63,124 nucleotides of DNA, filler included, from Olpidium bornovanus S191 (GCA_017911155.1; 27 parts of 27 records of this genome joined end to end with filler, not necessarily neighbours in it), one strand, 5' to 3'. Shown: positions 1 through 12,821, counted from the whole stretch's first letter. The notes: generated from the sequence alone by a model not told the origin. Translations and numbers: made by a program.

Positions 1-1
1 G

Positions 2-136
2 GAGACCAAGGGTGAGAACGAGCTGATCGCATTCTTCGACTCGGACTGGGCAGGATGCCGGACCACGAGGGCATCTATGACGGGGATCATCGTGCAATTC
101 GCCGGCGGGCCCGTGTCATGGCAGAGGAAAATTCCC
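2..136 (+). mobile_element. Ty1/copia RNase H N-terminal fragment
   Basis: Translates as ELIAFFDSDWAGCRTTRASMTGIIVQFAGGPVSWQRK. This matches the copia L.(A/G)Y.D(S/A)DWAG...RRS.TG.....GGP(V/I)SW.SK motif; similarity ends after about 136. Confidence 0.85.
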
Positions 137-1704
137 CCGCGAGTCGGAGCCGGGCAAGCCGGGTTAAGGGGGGGAGGGGGGCGGAGGGGCGAGGTCGCCC
201 CAGGACGGGACGGGAGGAACGGGGGAAAAGCCGCCTTGTTCCGTTTCGGGGCGGCGGCCTCTCCTCTCCGCACCCGCGTCCGCGCCCCAAAATTCACACG
301 CGCTGCCAACGCGCGCTTTCCCCCTTCCATTCCCCCCCGCGGCCCACTTCACGTGGTCAACAGAGCAACCGAGCGCCCGGGGGGGGGACACCGCGCAGCG
401 GACCCGAAACGGCGCGGCGCAGCGGGGCGGGGCGGTCGCCGGGTCCTCTGCGGTTCGGAGTCGCGCCGCGGTATGGGCGCGGCTTTTTTGCCGGCACCGC
501 GTTTCCGGCCTGCTGCGGGGTAGCCGAGGGTGGTTCCGAGCGCGCACATCCCCCGCGGGCTAGCACAAGATCTTTCCTCTCCAAAAACCGGGGGCCTGGC
601 TCGCCAAACTCCCCGCGCGCCCGCCAACAAGGCTGCAAAAACGAAAGAGCGCCAGCGCGGACCGCGCCGCCGTCCCTTTTTTTTCGGCGGCACGAGGTCG
701 AAACAGAGAGGTAGGGTCGAATGTAACTCGTTCTTTCTAGCTGACGCTGATAGTGGCGGGAGGGACGCTTCCGCCCAGCGGACCGGATCTGCGGGCCGGC
801 AGTGCCGCTTTTTTTCTCTTAACGCCAGCCGTCTCAGACCCTCTTCGTCCCGATCCATCCCTCGTGGCGCCCTTTGACGCGTTCTTCGATGCGGCGTTGC
901 GCTGCGGCGAGGTTTCGGGTCGTTCGGGCGTTAATTTTTAATGGCCCCCCACCCTTCCCGAAGTCACCCCCACCCGCCCGTCGCCGACGTAAACAAAATA
1001 CAAACGCTCGAATTCGTCCGACGAAGCGTTCTAGAGATATAGAGACCAGTGTTCAATTCGGATTAACGGTGTAATTAGTCGGGACCTGGGAGTAAGGACA
1101 AGACGTTCTGACGGCCTTGCGGCCGCGACGCTTACGGCGACAGGTGTTGGCGCGCTCCGCGGGTTGTGAGATCTCTGGCCCCCCACCACTCCCCTTCCCC
1201 CCTCCGCCAGTCCGATCGAAAACGGACTGCGAGGAGAGGGTGTCGGCAATGAACGGCGACTCTGCGTTTCGCTCCCTGACCAAATTTCGCGGCCTCCTTG
1301 TAAGCCAGCCCGCTGTGCGGCCCGTCTGCTCCCACAGAGTCCCGTCGCAGCGGATTTGTTTTTTTTTTTTTTTGGTCGACGTATCGGCGGCTGTTGCCTG
1401 GCAGGAGCGGTGGGACGAGCAAGGCTGAAGGACCCTCCGTTAGGTTTATGGTCCACAGGAGTTTCTTTCGCTTTTGGCGTCACGCCCGTGACTCTAACCG
1501 TCACGCCACGCGACCGTAACCTTCTGCTGGAACTGGAATTGCGCGGTACCACTACGTGGAGAGTAGCTAGTAGTAGACACGTGAACAACACACACAAAAG
1601 GGGCTCTGCCTCACGGGCAGGTGAACCATCTTTCCCAGCTCAGAAGAGGCGCGATTTCTTCCCAACGTTCCACGCCCGTCAAGAAGCAACGGGGGAAGCT
1701 GGAA

Positions 1705-1830
1705 ATTGGAGAACTAGGTGCTGTATATATTCGCGGCAGCTTCCAGGAGTTCCTTCTGAGTGCGTTGCCTGAGCGTCGGGTGGTCGTCATGGGCGGTTTC
1801 GTGATTCACCTTGATGAATTAACACCCAGT
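1705..1830 (+). mobile_element. Possible degenerate non-LTR retrotransposon AP-endonuclease fragment
   Basis: LGAVYIRGSFQEFLLSALPERRVVVMGGFVIHLD resembles APE ...AVYRPP....FL......(V/I)(I/L)GDFN(I)H, but the catalytic D and N are substituted. Confidence 0.3.
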
Positions 1831-2460
1831 GTGGCAGTGGGAGGAAGAAAGTTGAACACCGCCTGGTTGCAGCATCTGTGGACGACTGAGCTGATGGCGG
1901 AAAACACGGACGGCTGAATGCCGTCGGAGGTGAACACGGCTGAACGCGGTCGATGGCGAACACGGCGGAAGGAAGTCAGCGGTGAACGCGGTGTGGATGG
2001 CTGAAGGCCACAGCCCATGCATGTAGCGGTGAACACACCGTCGGCACGGTGACAGCAGGCACGCGTACGCACGTCGGCTTTGGCTGCAAGCTGCACCCTG
2101 GTCGGCGAAAAAAGCGAACGGTGCCTTCTGCTCGTAGCAGCTGAACGCGATGCGCGGGGAAAGCGGAGGGCTGAAAGCGCTACTCTGTGACTCTGCAAAA
2201 ACCGGAAGGGAACTAAAAATGCCATCTTCCTCCTGCCATCCTCTGTCTCCGTTCACCGGAATGGACTTCCAAGTGCTCTTCTGCTAAATTTTACTCTTTT
2301 CTTTCTCCATTGTAGCGGTTTGGACCCGCCGTGAAGTCGGCTTACTCCTTCATAACCTTTTTCAAAAGGTTGGGAATTTATTACCTCTTCGAAGCTCTAT
2401 GGAGGATCGATGGGGGGCGGGGGGCTTCGAAAGAGGAAGGGTTTTTCTAGTGTCACATGA

Positions 2461-2560
2461 NNNNNNNNNNNNNNNNNNNNNNNNNNNNNNNNNNNNNNNN
2501 NNNNTTAATTAATTAANNNNNNNNNNNNNNNNNNNNNNNNNNNNNNNNNNNNNNNNNNNN
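2461..2560. other. Artificial contig-joining spacer (first of 26)
   Basis: N-run + TTAATTAATTAA (stops in all six frames) + N-run. The same spacer starts at 2461, 3871, 6596, 8853, 10444, 12417, 14512, 17217, 20982, 22273, 27385, 29910, 32963, 35597, 38379, 40891, 44223, 46941, 48112, 50174, 52050, 54117, 57388, 59241, 60453 and 61671. Confidence 0.98.
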
Positions 2561-3486
2561 GGAGGCATGGTTACTGGACGCGTTCTACGGGAGTCTTCTA
2601 GCTTTTTTGAATTTTTTTTTTCTTTTTTTTTTTGAAATTTGGCCGTTTTTTGGGGGGCGGTAGTTGGCTTTAAGTGTCGTGCACCGTAGCGCTTTATTTT
2701 AGTGTTTCCTGTTTTATTTTTTCAAGGTATTCTGCCCACCGTGTTATGTTTATTCCCCGTTGGGCTATCTGGTGTCCCTCCTTCTGTGCAGTCCAGGGGT
2801 ATCCGGGCAGCATATTTTCATTTATTTCCTATTTCCTCCGCCTCTTCCTTACCCGACCCCTGGCACTCAACCCCCTTCCGCACCCCCTCTGCCTCCTCTC
2901 CCCTTCCCCCGCCTTCCCCGTTCCCGTCTTCCTCATCGCCCACCCTCCAGCCCACCGCGGCGGGGAATTTCCGGTCCGAGAGGGTGGGAGGGGTGGAGCG
3001 GGAAGTGGAAAAGTGGGGGGAGCTTCGGGGGTGTGGAGGGCGTGTGCCAAGTGGAAGGGCTGGGTGCGGGGCCACGTGGCCGGGCTGGCTGGCAGGCAGA
3101 GTAGCCCGTGGCGGAAAATCTCCGATTGGGCGCACTTCCGTCACCGGACCACCCTCGCCTTCACCCCACACTCGCCCACCGCCAGCCCCTTTCCCCCTTT
3201 TCCCCTCTTGCCTGCCGCGGCAAGCCTTTTCTCTACATCCCGCCCGCCGAGATCCTCTCTCCGTGTGTGCCGGCCACGCCCAAGGCGCCGCTGGAAACAA
3301 AGCAGCAACAAAGCTCGTTGCCGCCGCCGCTTCCCCGTTGCTCGCTGCAGCCTTCAAGTGCTGGCCACTTGCGTATAACGGGAGCCGTGGGATCACCACC
3401 GTAGGGACGGTTCTCTCGCTCTTCGTCCCCCCACGCCTATCCCCCCCTCCCCCCCTCCTCCCCGTAATTCGAAACGTGAGGCCAGA

Positions 3487-3776
3487 ATGGATCTGCGGCC
3501 GTTTGCCAGAGCAAGTCGCGGACGACCGCCGCCTCTGTCCGCCTTCCTGCTGGTCGTTCTGCTCGGCGTCGCTTGCGACGCAAAGGCCGATTCGTGTTCT
3601 GGGACGGACGTGGACTGCGGCTACTACGGATGTTTCCCTGTTGGCACCACATGTCCAGCCGACTGCGATACGTTCCTCGACCCGGCATCATGTCATGCCG
3701 TGAGGACTGCCAACGGCCGGCAGGCTTGCATGTACAATCCCCAATATTCATTGGGCAAGGGCCTTTGTCAAAAAGG
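3487..3776 (+). CDS. Small Cys-rich, probably secreted protein (5' exon, truncated)
   Basis: ATG, a basic N-terminus, a hydrophobic stretch (LSAFLLVVLLGVACDAKA), then 8 Cys in about 62 aa (DSCSGTDVDCGYYGCFPVGTTCPADCDTFLDPASCHAVRTANGRQACMYNPQYSLGKGLCQK). A likely GT donor near 3777 precedes a poly-C contig end. Confidence 0.6.
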
Positions 3777-3797
3777 TGAATCTCCCTCTCTCTCCCC

Positions 3798-3870
<73 letters not shown>

Positions 3871-4007
3871 NNNNNNNNNNNNNNNNNNNNNNNNNNNNNN
3901 NNNNNNNNNNNNNNTTAATTAATTAANNNNNNNNNNNNNNNNNNNNNNNNNNNNNNNNNNNNNNNNNNNNATTTGTTGGGGGGGGCGCGCGTTTTCTCTG
4001 TCGAGCG

Positions 4008-4042
<35 letters not shown>

Positions 4043-4329
4043 CTTTGGTTGCTCCTGGTCGAGGGTAGGAAGAGGGCCCGGGGCTTCTTCCCTCTCACCC
4101 CCCATCGTGTCCCCCCCACGGGTTTTCTCGTTCGCGCGGTTTTTTTTTTTTTTTTTTTTCCGTCCCGCCGAGAAAATTAGAAGGAGGCGGGCGAGAGAGA
4201 GAGAGAGAGAGAGAGAGAAAGAAAGCGCGTCCCGCGAGAAGAAAAAAGAAGGGAACACATTGTATATTATAACGTATCTCTCCAGGCAATACATACATAC
4301 ATACTTGCGTACATACATGCGTGCGTGCG

Positions 4330-4343
4330 ATGTCGCGGCTTCC

Positions 4344-4389
<46 letters not shown>

Positions 4390-6595
4390 GGCAGCAGCGA
4401 CGGCCGGCCGAGTGCGGGGACGCCCGCTTCGCCCTTGGCGCGCGGAGGTGGTGGCGCGCACGCCGTGGTGGGGCGCGCCGGAGCCGCCCACATGTCGCCT
4501 GCTGCCGTTGCTGCCGCTCCCGCCCCGGGTGCCGCCGAGCCCGGGCAGAACCCGCTGCCGCCGCCCGAGCTTCCGGCGCCGCAGAGGACGCCGACATCCG
4601 CCCGGCGTTCGCTGTCCGGCGGGGACGACGGCGCCGCCGCGCTGGGCGGGTGGGGCGGCGGCGACCGCGGAACTCTTCCCACCCGCGGAACCCCTCCGCC
4701 GGAGGCAGGCCCCGCGCCTGTCATCCAGTTCGACACGCTTCCGCACCGGCGCCGCCCGCCGACCCCGCCGTCTTCGGTGTCTTCGCCGCACGGGAGCCGC
4801 CGGGAGGGCCGTGACGGGAAGCAGCAGCACCACCACCACCACGATCACCACCGCCGCCCCAAGCACCAGCTCCAGAGACAACGGCAGCAGCCGCAGCAGC
4901 ACGGCAAGCCGGAGCCCGCCTCCTCGTCGCTGCCGCCGCCGCCGCGGGCGGAAGGGCCCGCAACACGCTCTTCCTTACGAACCGCCGGAACCAGGCTCCC
5001 GAAGCGCATTCCGTCCTCTGCGACCGGCGCCCTGTCCTCCAACCGGGCAACCACCGACCAGCAACCTCGACCAAAACCGCCCATGGGCGTCAGGAGGATG
5101 TTCCAGGACCCCGGCTCGCTCAACTTTGGCAGCGGCGCAGGCCCCTCCCACAAGACGAGAGCCGCCTTCGAGCACTTCTTCCGTGAGATCACGCCGGCCC
5201 ACGCCCGGCGGAAGAAGGACCGCCACGGGAAGCAGCGCCTTGGCCCAAGCTCCATCTTCGAGGTGTACGCCACCGAAGAGTCATCGGTGGCCTCCGCCCC
5301 AGGAATGGAGTTCGACCTCGGCGAGGTCAGTGTGCTGGCACCCTTTTGTTGTTTTCCCGGATTTTTCGCCGTCTGTCACGGCTCCGTGTTCACCTGCGAC
5401 GCGCCCAGTTTTTAAACTTTTTTCCGTTGGGTTGGAGTTCTGTTGAGCCTTGCCTTCCTCGGACACGCCCTTTGGACGATCGTTCCCAATATTCTATACT
5501 GATAATTATGTTCGATTTTTTGTTTTTTCTTCTTTTCTCCTTTTTAAACACTTTTTCTTTTTTTTTCTCTCCTTTCTCTCATTTTTTTCTTTCTTTCCTT
5601 TTTTTCCTTCATTTTTTTCTTTCTTTCTGTTTTCTTCTTTCTTTTCTTTTTTTTTTTTCTTTTTCCTTTCTTTTTTTCCTTTTTTTCCCTTTTCTTTTCT
5701 TTTCTTTCTTTCTTCTTTTTTTCCGTTTTTTTTCGTTTTTTTCGGACTTTTTTTCGCTTTCTTTTCGCTTTTTTCCCTTTCATTTCTTTCTTTGTTCTTT
5801 TAAAAAATTTTCCTTCCCCCCCTTTTTCTTGTTCGTTCCTGTTTTTCCTTTTTATTTCTTTGCCCTTTTCCCCCTGGATTCCGGTTTTTTACGGTGGCGC
5901 CGGGATTGCAACCACGTCGGCCATGTGGGTGCGCTTACCAATTATAACGGACATTGGTTTCAACCTTTCCAGCAAGGACCGGGCACGTTCACCGGGGATC
6001 ACAGGCCGCCCATGTCGAGTGAGGAGTATCACGTTGTGGTCGGGTCAATCAAGGCGGCGATAGACGCTGGAATATACCCAGAAAGAATTAGTCAGGGGTC
6101 GTCCGGATCATACTTCTGCCGTAATACGGAAGGAGAGGTCGTAGGCGTGTTTAAACCCAAGAACGAAGAGCCATACGGGCATGTGAGTGGCGGCGGTCAG
6201 AGGAAGGCAGCGTCATGCGCAGGATTCTTTGTAAATTCGTCTAACGCGGGCCGCCGGGCACGTCAAATGTCCGACGTGGGCCGCCGAACACGTAACCTGC
6301 GCCACAGCTTAACCCCAAATGGGCGAAATGGATCCATAGGAATTGCTTTCCGTGCTGTTTTGGTCGCAGCTGGTCCGTTTATTTCACGGGCTGTTCCTTC
6401 TGTTATGTTGCCGCTGTAAGCGCGAGCAGTCTCCAACGTTACCTGACGCCGCCTCAAATTGCAGCTTAATACCTAACCTCGGCTACATTTCGGAAGCGGC
6501 CGCGTCATTGGTCGACCGGCGGCTCGGCTTCAACATTGTTCCGCGGACAGAGGTGATATTCCTTTCCTGCCCGTCGTTCTACTATTCATACATGG
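4330..6595 (+). CDS. LSB6: Phosphatidylinositol 4-kinase type II (Lsb6/PI4K2), 3' truncated
   Basis: Spliced core: GIYPERISQGSSGSYF...VGVFKPKNEEPYGH | intron 6183-6307 | [22 protein letters not shown] | intron 6373-6464 | LIPNLGYISEAAASLVDRRLGFNIVPRTEVIFLSCPSFYY. The CFPCC motif corresponds to the CCPCC palmitoylation motif. Linking the low-complexity 5' exon (4330-5325, GT donor at 5326) to the kinase is less certain. Confidence 0.9.
4343..4388 (+). repeat. (CAG)n trinucleotide repeat
   Basis: About 14 tandem CAG/AGC units; poly-Ser in the frame that continues into the putative PI4K 5' exon. Confidence 0.9.
5505..5875 (+). repeat. Long T/C-rich polypyrimidine tract (intronic)
   Basis: About 370 nt dominated by T-runs broken by C, with very few purines. 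Confidence 0.9.
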
Positions 6596-6695
6596 NNNNN
6601 NNNNNNNNNNNNNNNNNNNNNNNNNNNNNNNNNNNNNNNTTAATTAATTAANNNNNNNNNNNNNNNNNNNNNNNNNNNNNNNNNNNNNNNNNNNN

Positions 6696-8852
6696 CATGT
6701 GCTGAATAACGTCAATGCGCCCCGAAGCGGCCGCCCAGTGGAGCGCCGTGTTCCCCGTCTGGTCAATGCTCATGTTGATGTCCAGGTTCGGCGGCGGCGT
6801 CAAGAGAAGCTGCGGGATCCGATAATCCGCGGAAGTGAAGTGCTTCAAGAGGACTGTCGCTGCTCGGCTCTGGAGGAACGTCGAATCGTTAGGTCCGGTG
6901 TCTGATCCGGACTCACATGACATGTCGGATGAGCTGCATTCCGTCTCCGAGCTGCTGCCGTCGTCGTCTCCGCTGCAAGAGCCGGAAACGGGGACGCCCA
7001 GGTCGAGAGTAGCGTACAGCTCGGCCGCCTCACGGAAGCTGGTGATGAGCTTCCGTTCGGTGCGACCGGTAGCCCCAGCCTTACCATTGCCCTGAATCAC
7101 GCAAGTTCGTCTTGCCGCGTCATGGGTGACGCCCGGTTTCGCCACACGGGAAGCCGCGGCGCAGGGTCCCCTGACTACCTCTTTAACCTTCCTCTCGATC
7201 TGTCTCCCGGCGGGGCCGTACTTGACGGTAGGAGCGGCCGGTGTCTTCCCCGCGTACCGCTTGGCGGGCCTTATCACCGCCGCGTTCGGCGGCACAGGCT
7301 GTTGGGGTGTCGCCAGCGCACCCCTCGACCTCCTGACCGCCGCCGCAGTCTGACCGGGACGCCTGGCTCCAGCCGCAGGCTGACCGGGATGGTTGACGGC
7401 GGTGGCAACGGGATTGGTTTTCCCGGCGGCGGCGGCGGCGGCTGCGGCGGCCGCCGGCGCAATGTGCCGGCCGGCGGCGGATGTCGGATTGGCACCCCTG
7501 GCGGCGGCCGCGGCCGGATGGTTCCGCGCAGAGCCGGCCAGGGCGCCGGGAGCGGCGCGAGGCCGCCTGGCGGCTTTCAGGCCCGGGTCGGCCGGCAACC
7601 TCTTCGGGTGCAGAGAGGACTTGATGTTGTTGTTCGCCTCTATCGCGGCGGCCCTCTTCCCCAGCAGCTTTTGCGGCGGGACGCCCGGCGGACGGACGCC
7701 GCCGGCGGGAGCGCCAACGCCCGCGCCGGCTCCCGCCGCAGGCGGCGCGGCGCCCGGTCCGGGGAAAGCGGCGGCCGGGGCGGCGCCGCCCGCTTCGGCT
7801 CCAGAAGGCGGCGCCGCCGCCGCGTCCGGCGGAGCGCCCGGCCCCGCTCCGGCGGGCGGCGCGCATCGCGGCGCAAGATCGCCGGCGGCCGGAACGACGC
7901 CGGCGGCGGAACCCCGCGGCGCGGCCTCCGGCGCGGGGACGCCGGGAGCCGAGGGCGCCGCCCCCGGCGCTCCGGTCGCAGCCTGCGATGAAGTCGGCAG
8001 CGATCCGGGACGGCCCGCGCCGCTCGAAAACGGCGCGGCGGCCGCCGCAACCGCCGCCGCCGGCCCCGGAACGGCCGCGCCGCCGGGCGATGTGGGCGGA
8101 CCGAAGCCGACCCGCGCGCCGCCGGCGGCACGGTCGGGAAGCGGCACCGCCGGCTTCCTCGCCCTCACGGAGATCTTCGGCTTGGCGTGCGCTTGCACGG
8201 GGCTCGGGCTGCGAGGGACGTAGTCGAAAAGCGGGCGGATCTCGTCCTCGACCGCAAACCGCCTCGCGATCTCGATGGCCCGCGGAAGCGGCACCCAAGT
8301 CCCTGCGAGATGAGGCGCAGGGCGCGAAAGGAGGGGGGAGGGGGAAAGAAAAGAGAAAGATGATTTTGCCCGGGTGTCACGCGAAAAGGATCCCGGCACC
8401 ACCGAGGGGGGGGGGGGGGCGTCATTAGTGGGGGATCCTTCCCCCCCCTCTTCTCCCCGCCTCACGTTCCACTTTTTCGTCCAAACGGCGTTCTCTCGCC
8501 GAGTCGGGGAAAATTTTTCTCTTTCTATAGCATTTCTATAGCAAAGGACCGAATTCCGCCAGGTGTGTCGTTTTTTTTTTATGGCCCCGCGAGGAAACGG
8601 AGGAAAGGAAGGGGGAAACAGTCTCTCATCCCGACGTCTCACCCTGGTATTTCCCGTATCCGCCCTGCACCTTCTGATGATGACCGACGTGGACCTCGCA
8701 CTCGAGGATCTTGGTCCTCTGCGGCTTGCTCAAGTTTGCCACCTTCAGGATGTGGGTGGCGTTGACGTACGCATCGCTCTTCCTGCGCATCACGCCGACT
8801 CCCTTGCAGCTGTACTCGTAAACCGGGACGTGGCTGTAGGTCGCCATGAAAA
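6696..8852 (-). CDS. MBP1: APSES (KilA-N) + ankyrin G1/S transcription factor of the Mbp1/Swi4/Res family, truncated at both ends
   Basis: [68 protein letters not shown] | intron 8642-8303 | [28 protein letters not shown] long Pro/Ala/Gly linker follows, then the ankyrin start [27 protein letters not shown]. Confidence 0.93.
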
Positions 8853-9977
8853 NNNNNNNNNNNNNNNNNNNNNNNNNNNNNNNNNNNNNNNNNNNNTTAA
8901 TTAATTAANNNNNNNNNNNNNNNNNNNNNNNNNNNNNNNNNNNNNNNNNNNNCCGCGCCCCCCCCCGCCTCCCCGACGCCCCACCCAAAAAAATGATCCC
9001 GGACCACCCCCCCCCCCCCCCCCCCCTCTCCCCTTCCCCGAGGAAAGTTCTGTTGGCGGACAGCGGTGCTAAGTTGCCGTGCGGGTACCCTTTTTGATCC
9101 CCGTAAGTGCGTGTCAGCGTGATTGGCGGGAAACACCCAAAATTAGCGTCCGCCTCTCCTTAAGTAGCGCCTCTTCTCTATCCTTTTCCGCGCTCGCTCC
9201 TTCACTGGACAAAATAAACATATTAGTCCATCCAAGCCCCCAAACCGGATCCTGCTGGAATGTGGGAGCACAAGGGTGGGGAAAGATGATGAACACCTCA
9301 CTTCATTTTTTCTGCTGACAATCCCTCACCCCCTCCTTCCTAGCAACGACCTGTGCACACACATATTCACATCTCGTGCAGCCGCACTGACAGCATCCCT
9401 TCCCGCTCCCTTTTAGCATTGCCTGCGGCGAAAGATTGACGACATTGTGGGTTGGACTCCCGGCAAAGTTGCACCGCTTGGCCAAGACCTGTGTTGTGTA
9501 GTGATTGCGCGTGCGTGTGATTGTGCGTGGACGTGGGTGTATGCGTGTGCGTGTTTGGAGATCGACAATGGGATGATGCACTGCTGCAGACAATACACGG
9601 CGGAACCCTTGGGTTACGTCCCGCTTCAAGGTTGTTTGGCGAGCCTGTTTCAATGAGAAAGCTTCGCAGTCGAAGAGTTCTCTGGCGGACCGGCATATTT
9701 CGGTGCGAGGGGATACGCAATTTAGCCGCTTTTTGAGGAGGATCGCTGGTCGCAGCAAGCCGGAGGGATCCTTTGCGCGCCCTCGTGGCACCAACGCGAA
9801 TTCCCCTCTGGAGTATAAGACAAGTTGTGTAATGACGAAAACGTCTGTAGTCGCGGAAATTCTGATTATATACTGGGCCATAACAGCGGTTAAAGGTTCA
9901 GGCGATCTGTCGTTCTGGACTGACTTGCAAGTGAATGTGCATTAGTCCTTTCTGCCACCGGGGCTTCCAATCAGGAA

Positions 9978-10443
9978 TCACCCGCACTGCTCCAGATACT
10001 CCGAGTGGAGCTTCCGTTGTGCGTCGAGCTCCTTGGCGAGCTTCTTCCGGCGGGCCTTGGGCAACTCCTCCCCGGCAGCGTCGTGTGTGGGCAGTCCTTG
10101 ATCATCGTAACGCGAGTACTTGCCAGCGTGATCGGCATGCTCGCGGAAGAAGAGGCCGGGGACAATGCGTCCGCGCTCCAAACGCTCGCGTCGCTTAGCT
10201 TCCGCTTCTGCCGCTGCCCGCGCCTTCTTCGCCAGTCGCTCATCCTCCTTCCGCCGCTTCTCCTCTCGTTCTCGAAGAAGCTCCTCACGAGAAACAAGCT
10301 TGACCAAAGCGCGTCCGCCTTGTCATGATTTACAATGGGAATTTAGTATTCCCCGTAGGACAACAACAAACAATAATCTGCAGAAAGGTAAATGCACTGA
10401 GCGGCGCGAACACTCACTATCATAATCATCCAGTGCGACTCCA
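9978..10443 (-). CDS. CRS1: Cysteinyl-tRNA synthetase C-terminal fragment
   Basis: Upstream exon GVALDDYD, then ALVKLVSREELLREREEK...KYSRYDDQGLPTHDAAGEELPKARRKKLAKELDAQRKLHSEYL*. This is the typical eukaryotic cytosolic CysRS C-terminal extension. Confidence 0.88.
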
Positions 10444-12786
10444 NNNNNNNNNNNNNNNNNNNNNNNNNNNNNNNNNNNNNNNNNNNNTTAATTAATTAAN
10501 NNNNNNNNNNNNNNNNNNNNNNNNNNNNNNNNNNNNNNNNNNNCTGCTCAACTGTCGTGCGTCCTGATCTTTTTTTTTTTTTTTTTGCGTGAAACTGGCT
10601 GCCGCGGGCACAAGCTACGCAGAAACCGTCTTGACGCGGTTCTGGAAGGCAATTTGCCGGCATGCCGAGAGCGTCAAGCGACGCGGCTTTTGTTCGCAGC
10701 GAGAGCGAAAGCAAGGAGCGAACCGGGTGGCTGCGTCGTTTTCAGGAAGGGAAGGCGTATCTCCAGGCTTTCAAAAAGTTTTTGTTCGCCCGTTCTGTCC
10801 GGAGACGACCTTCACGTCAAACACAAAATGTTGAAATGCGGAGCGTACATGCGTGATGGCACAACCCCTCCGTAGTCCTCGGCGTTGCGCTGGCAGGTGA
10901 TATGAGGAAGTGACACCGGTGCTGCAGGCACAACGGCACGAATGATGTTCCCAAACATCGTACTCTGATAAGTACAAACGCTGGACGCAGCCAAATTCAA
11001 TAACGCATCCACTTTGGAGGTTTTTAGGCAGAAAGTCATTTAGTTTGGGGTCTAAAAAAGCGTCGGACATGTCCACTTTCGCCCCTTCGTCCCTCCCCCC
11101 ACCCCCCCACACACACACACACATTCACTCACACCTCTACAAAGCAACCAACAAAAAAACAAACCGGACAATCGCGACTCAGTTGTCCTGTCCGCGATTT
11201 TCCTGGCCTTTAGGCGTGATCTAAATGACAAATGATCGAAAGAGAATTAAGTTTGGCTCTAAATCGGGGGCCGGCATTGGAATAGAGGAGAATATAGCTG
11301 TTTAATCTACAAATCCAGAGTTTTGGGCACCTAGGTCTTGTTCATGCAGATGACGTCCTTGACGTCCGGCGGTCGACAGGGAAAACGAGAGGTGAATCGA
11401 TGTAAGGCGGTACATCGAAGGAAGGCAGCACACCATCGTTAGGGTAGTCGATGGAAAAGTCGATCGGTGCATCGAAGGGAGCACCGAAGGGGAGACCGAT
11501 AAATACCTGCGCGCGCACAGAGGCTAAAGGCTTTACCGATCGGGCCCCCTTTCTCTTTTCCCCACGTTTTTTTTTGATAATCAGTGTTTGCAATATTCTA
11601 TTGTATACCTAGTATACACATTGTTTAGCATTTAGCATTAAGCATTAGCAATCAATAGTTAGCAACTACACCGACTGGCCACAAAATAGCACGGGCAGGA
11701 TCGCCGTGGCGAACAACGGGGCCCCGTCGAACGCCCCCCCCCGATCCCCCCCCCCCACCTCCCTTGCATATACATAACCCTGCGAGCGAAAGACGGCAAA
11801 AAAAAACAACGATCACTCGGTCCTCGTTTACCACATCGGGCCCGCGTTGCGCGCCCTTTTCTGCAGGCCGGTTGCCGTTGGCCATCCGGACGGACCGGGG
11901 GACCGGCCTCACGATCTCTTCCTCCTCTCCTTCCCTAGTCACTTGAAAGCTCGTTGCACCCTCCCGTCACCTCACTCAAAAGGGGTGGCTACCGAACACA
12001 CAGAGTCTATCGAAAACAGTCGGTTTCCCGACAGCGGGCAGGGAGCGCGGCAGCGGTCAAGCGGCAGGGGCGGCCGGGGCGGGAGCGGGCGGTCGAAAGG
12101 CAGCAGCAGCATACGAAGCCGAAGCCCCGTTATGCAGTCTGATATCGACCGCGCGGCGGAGCATGCGCTCCTTCAACCACGTCCACGTGCGCAAGCGGTT
12201 TTAACGCATATTGTGGAATGTCGGTGCGAGACCCCGGAGGAAGGCCGGGATCAGCGTTTTGCCCGCCCATCGGTCGTATCGTTTGCGGTCGGAGCAGTCA
12301 TTCAGGCCGAGTTTGCGATCAGCGATATACTTGTTGAGCAAGTCTGGCCCTTGGCGACGTATGCCAGCATTGAATCGGTTGGGGCTTGCGCCGATGCTTC
12401 GAAGCAGGCACGGAGCNNNNNNNNNNNNNNNNNNNNNNNNNNNNNNNNNNNNNNNNNNNNTTAATTAATTAANNNNNNNNNNNNNNNNNNNNNNNNNNNN
12501 NNNNNNNNNNNNNNNNCCCCCGCCCCCCCCCCCGCGCGCCTCTTTTCCACGGCGCTGCTGGTGCTGCTGCTGCTGCCTACGTTTTGCTTTTCCTTTTTTT
12601 TTCCTCCTCGGTTTCGGTGTGTTTTGGTTTGGTTATTTCTTGGGGAGAAGGGGAGGGCGGGGGAGGGGGGACGGACGGAAGAGAAGGGCGGCGGCGGGGG
12701 GGGGAAGGGGAAGAAGAAGGGGAAGAAGAAGGGGAAGAAGAAGGGGAGAGAGAGGGGGAGGAGGAGGAGGAGAAGAACCCCCCCCC

Positions 12787-12821
<35 letters not shown>

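Noticed and set aside
1053-1283. KRRGRKAVRTSCPY as a second FAR1-like domain
   Set aside because: Only one Cys motif; the HxH-like words (RHVNNTH) are on the opposite strand.
5346-5875. Phe-rich membrane-protein-like ORF
   Set aside because: It is the translation of the intronic T/C tract upstream of the PI4K exon.
7122-8428. Several long overlapping ORFs opposite or out of frame with MBP1 (similar shadows at 19521-20544 and 39882-40508)
   Set aside because: Shadow ORFs expected in very GC-rich, stop-poor coding DNA; no motifs.
12204-12416. Open minus-strand frame LLNKYIADRK...AFLRGLAPTF as a gag fragment
   Set aside because: Only a 4-residue FLRGL resemblance; not supportable.
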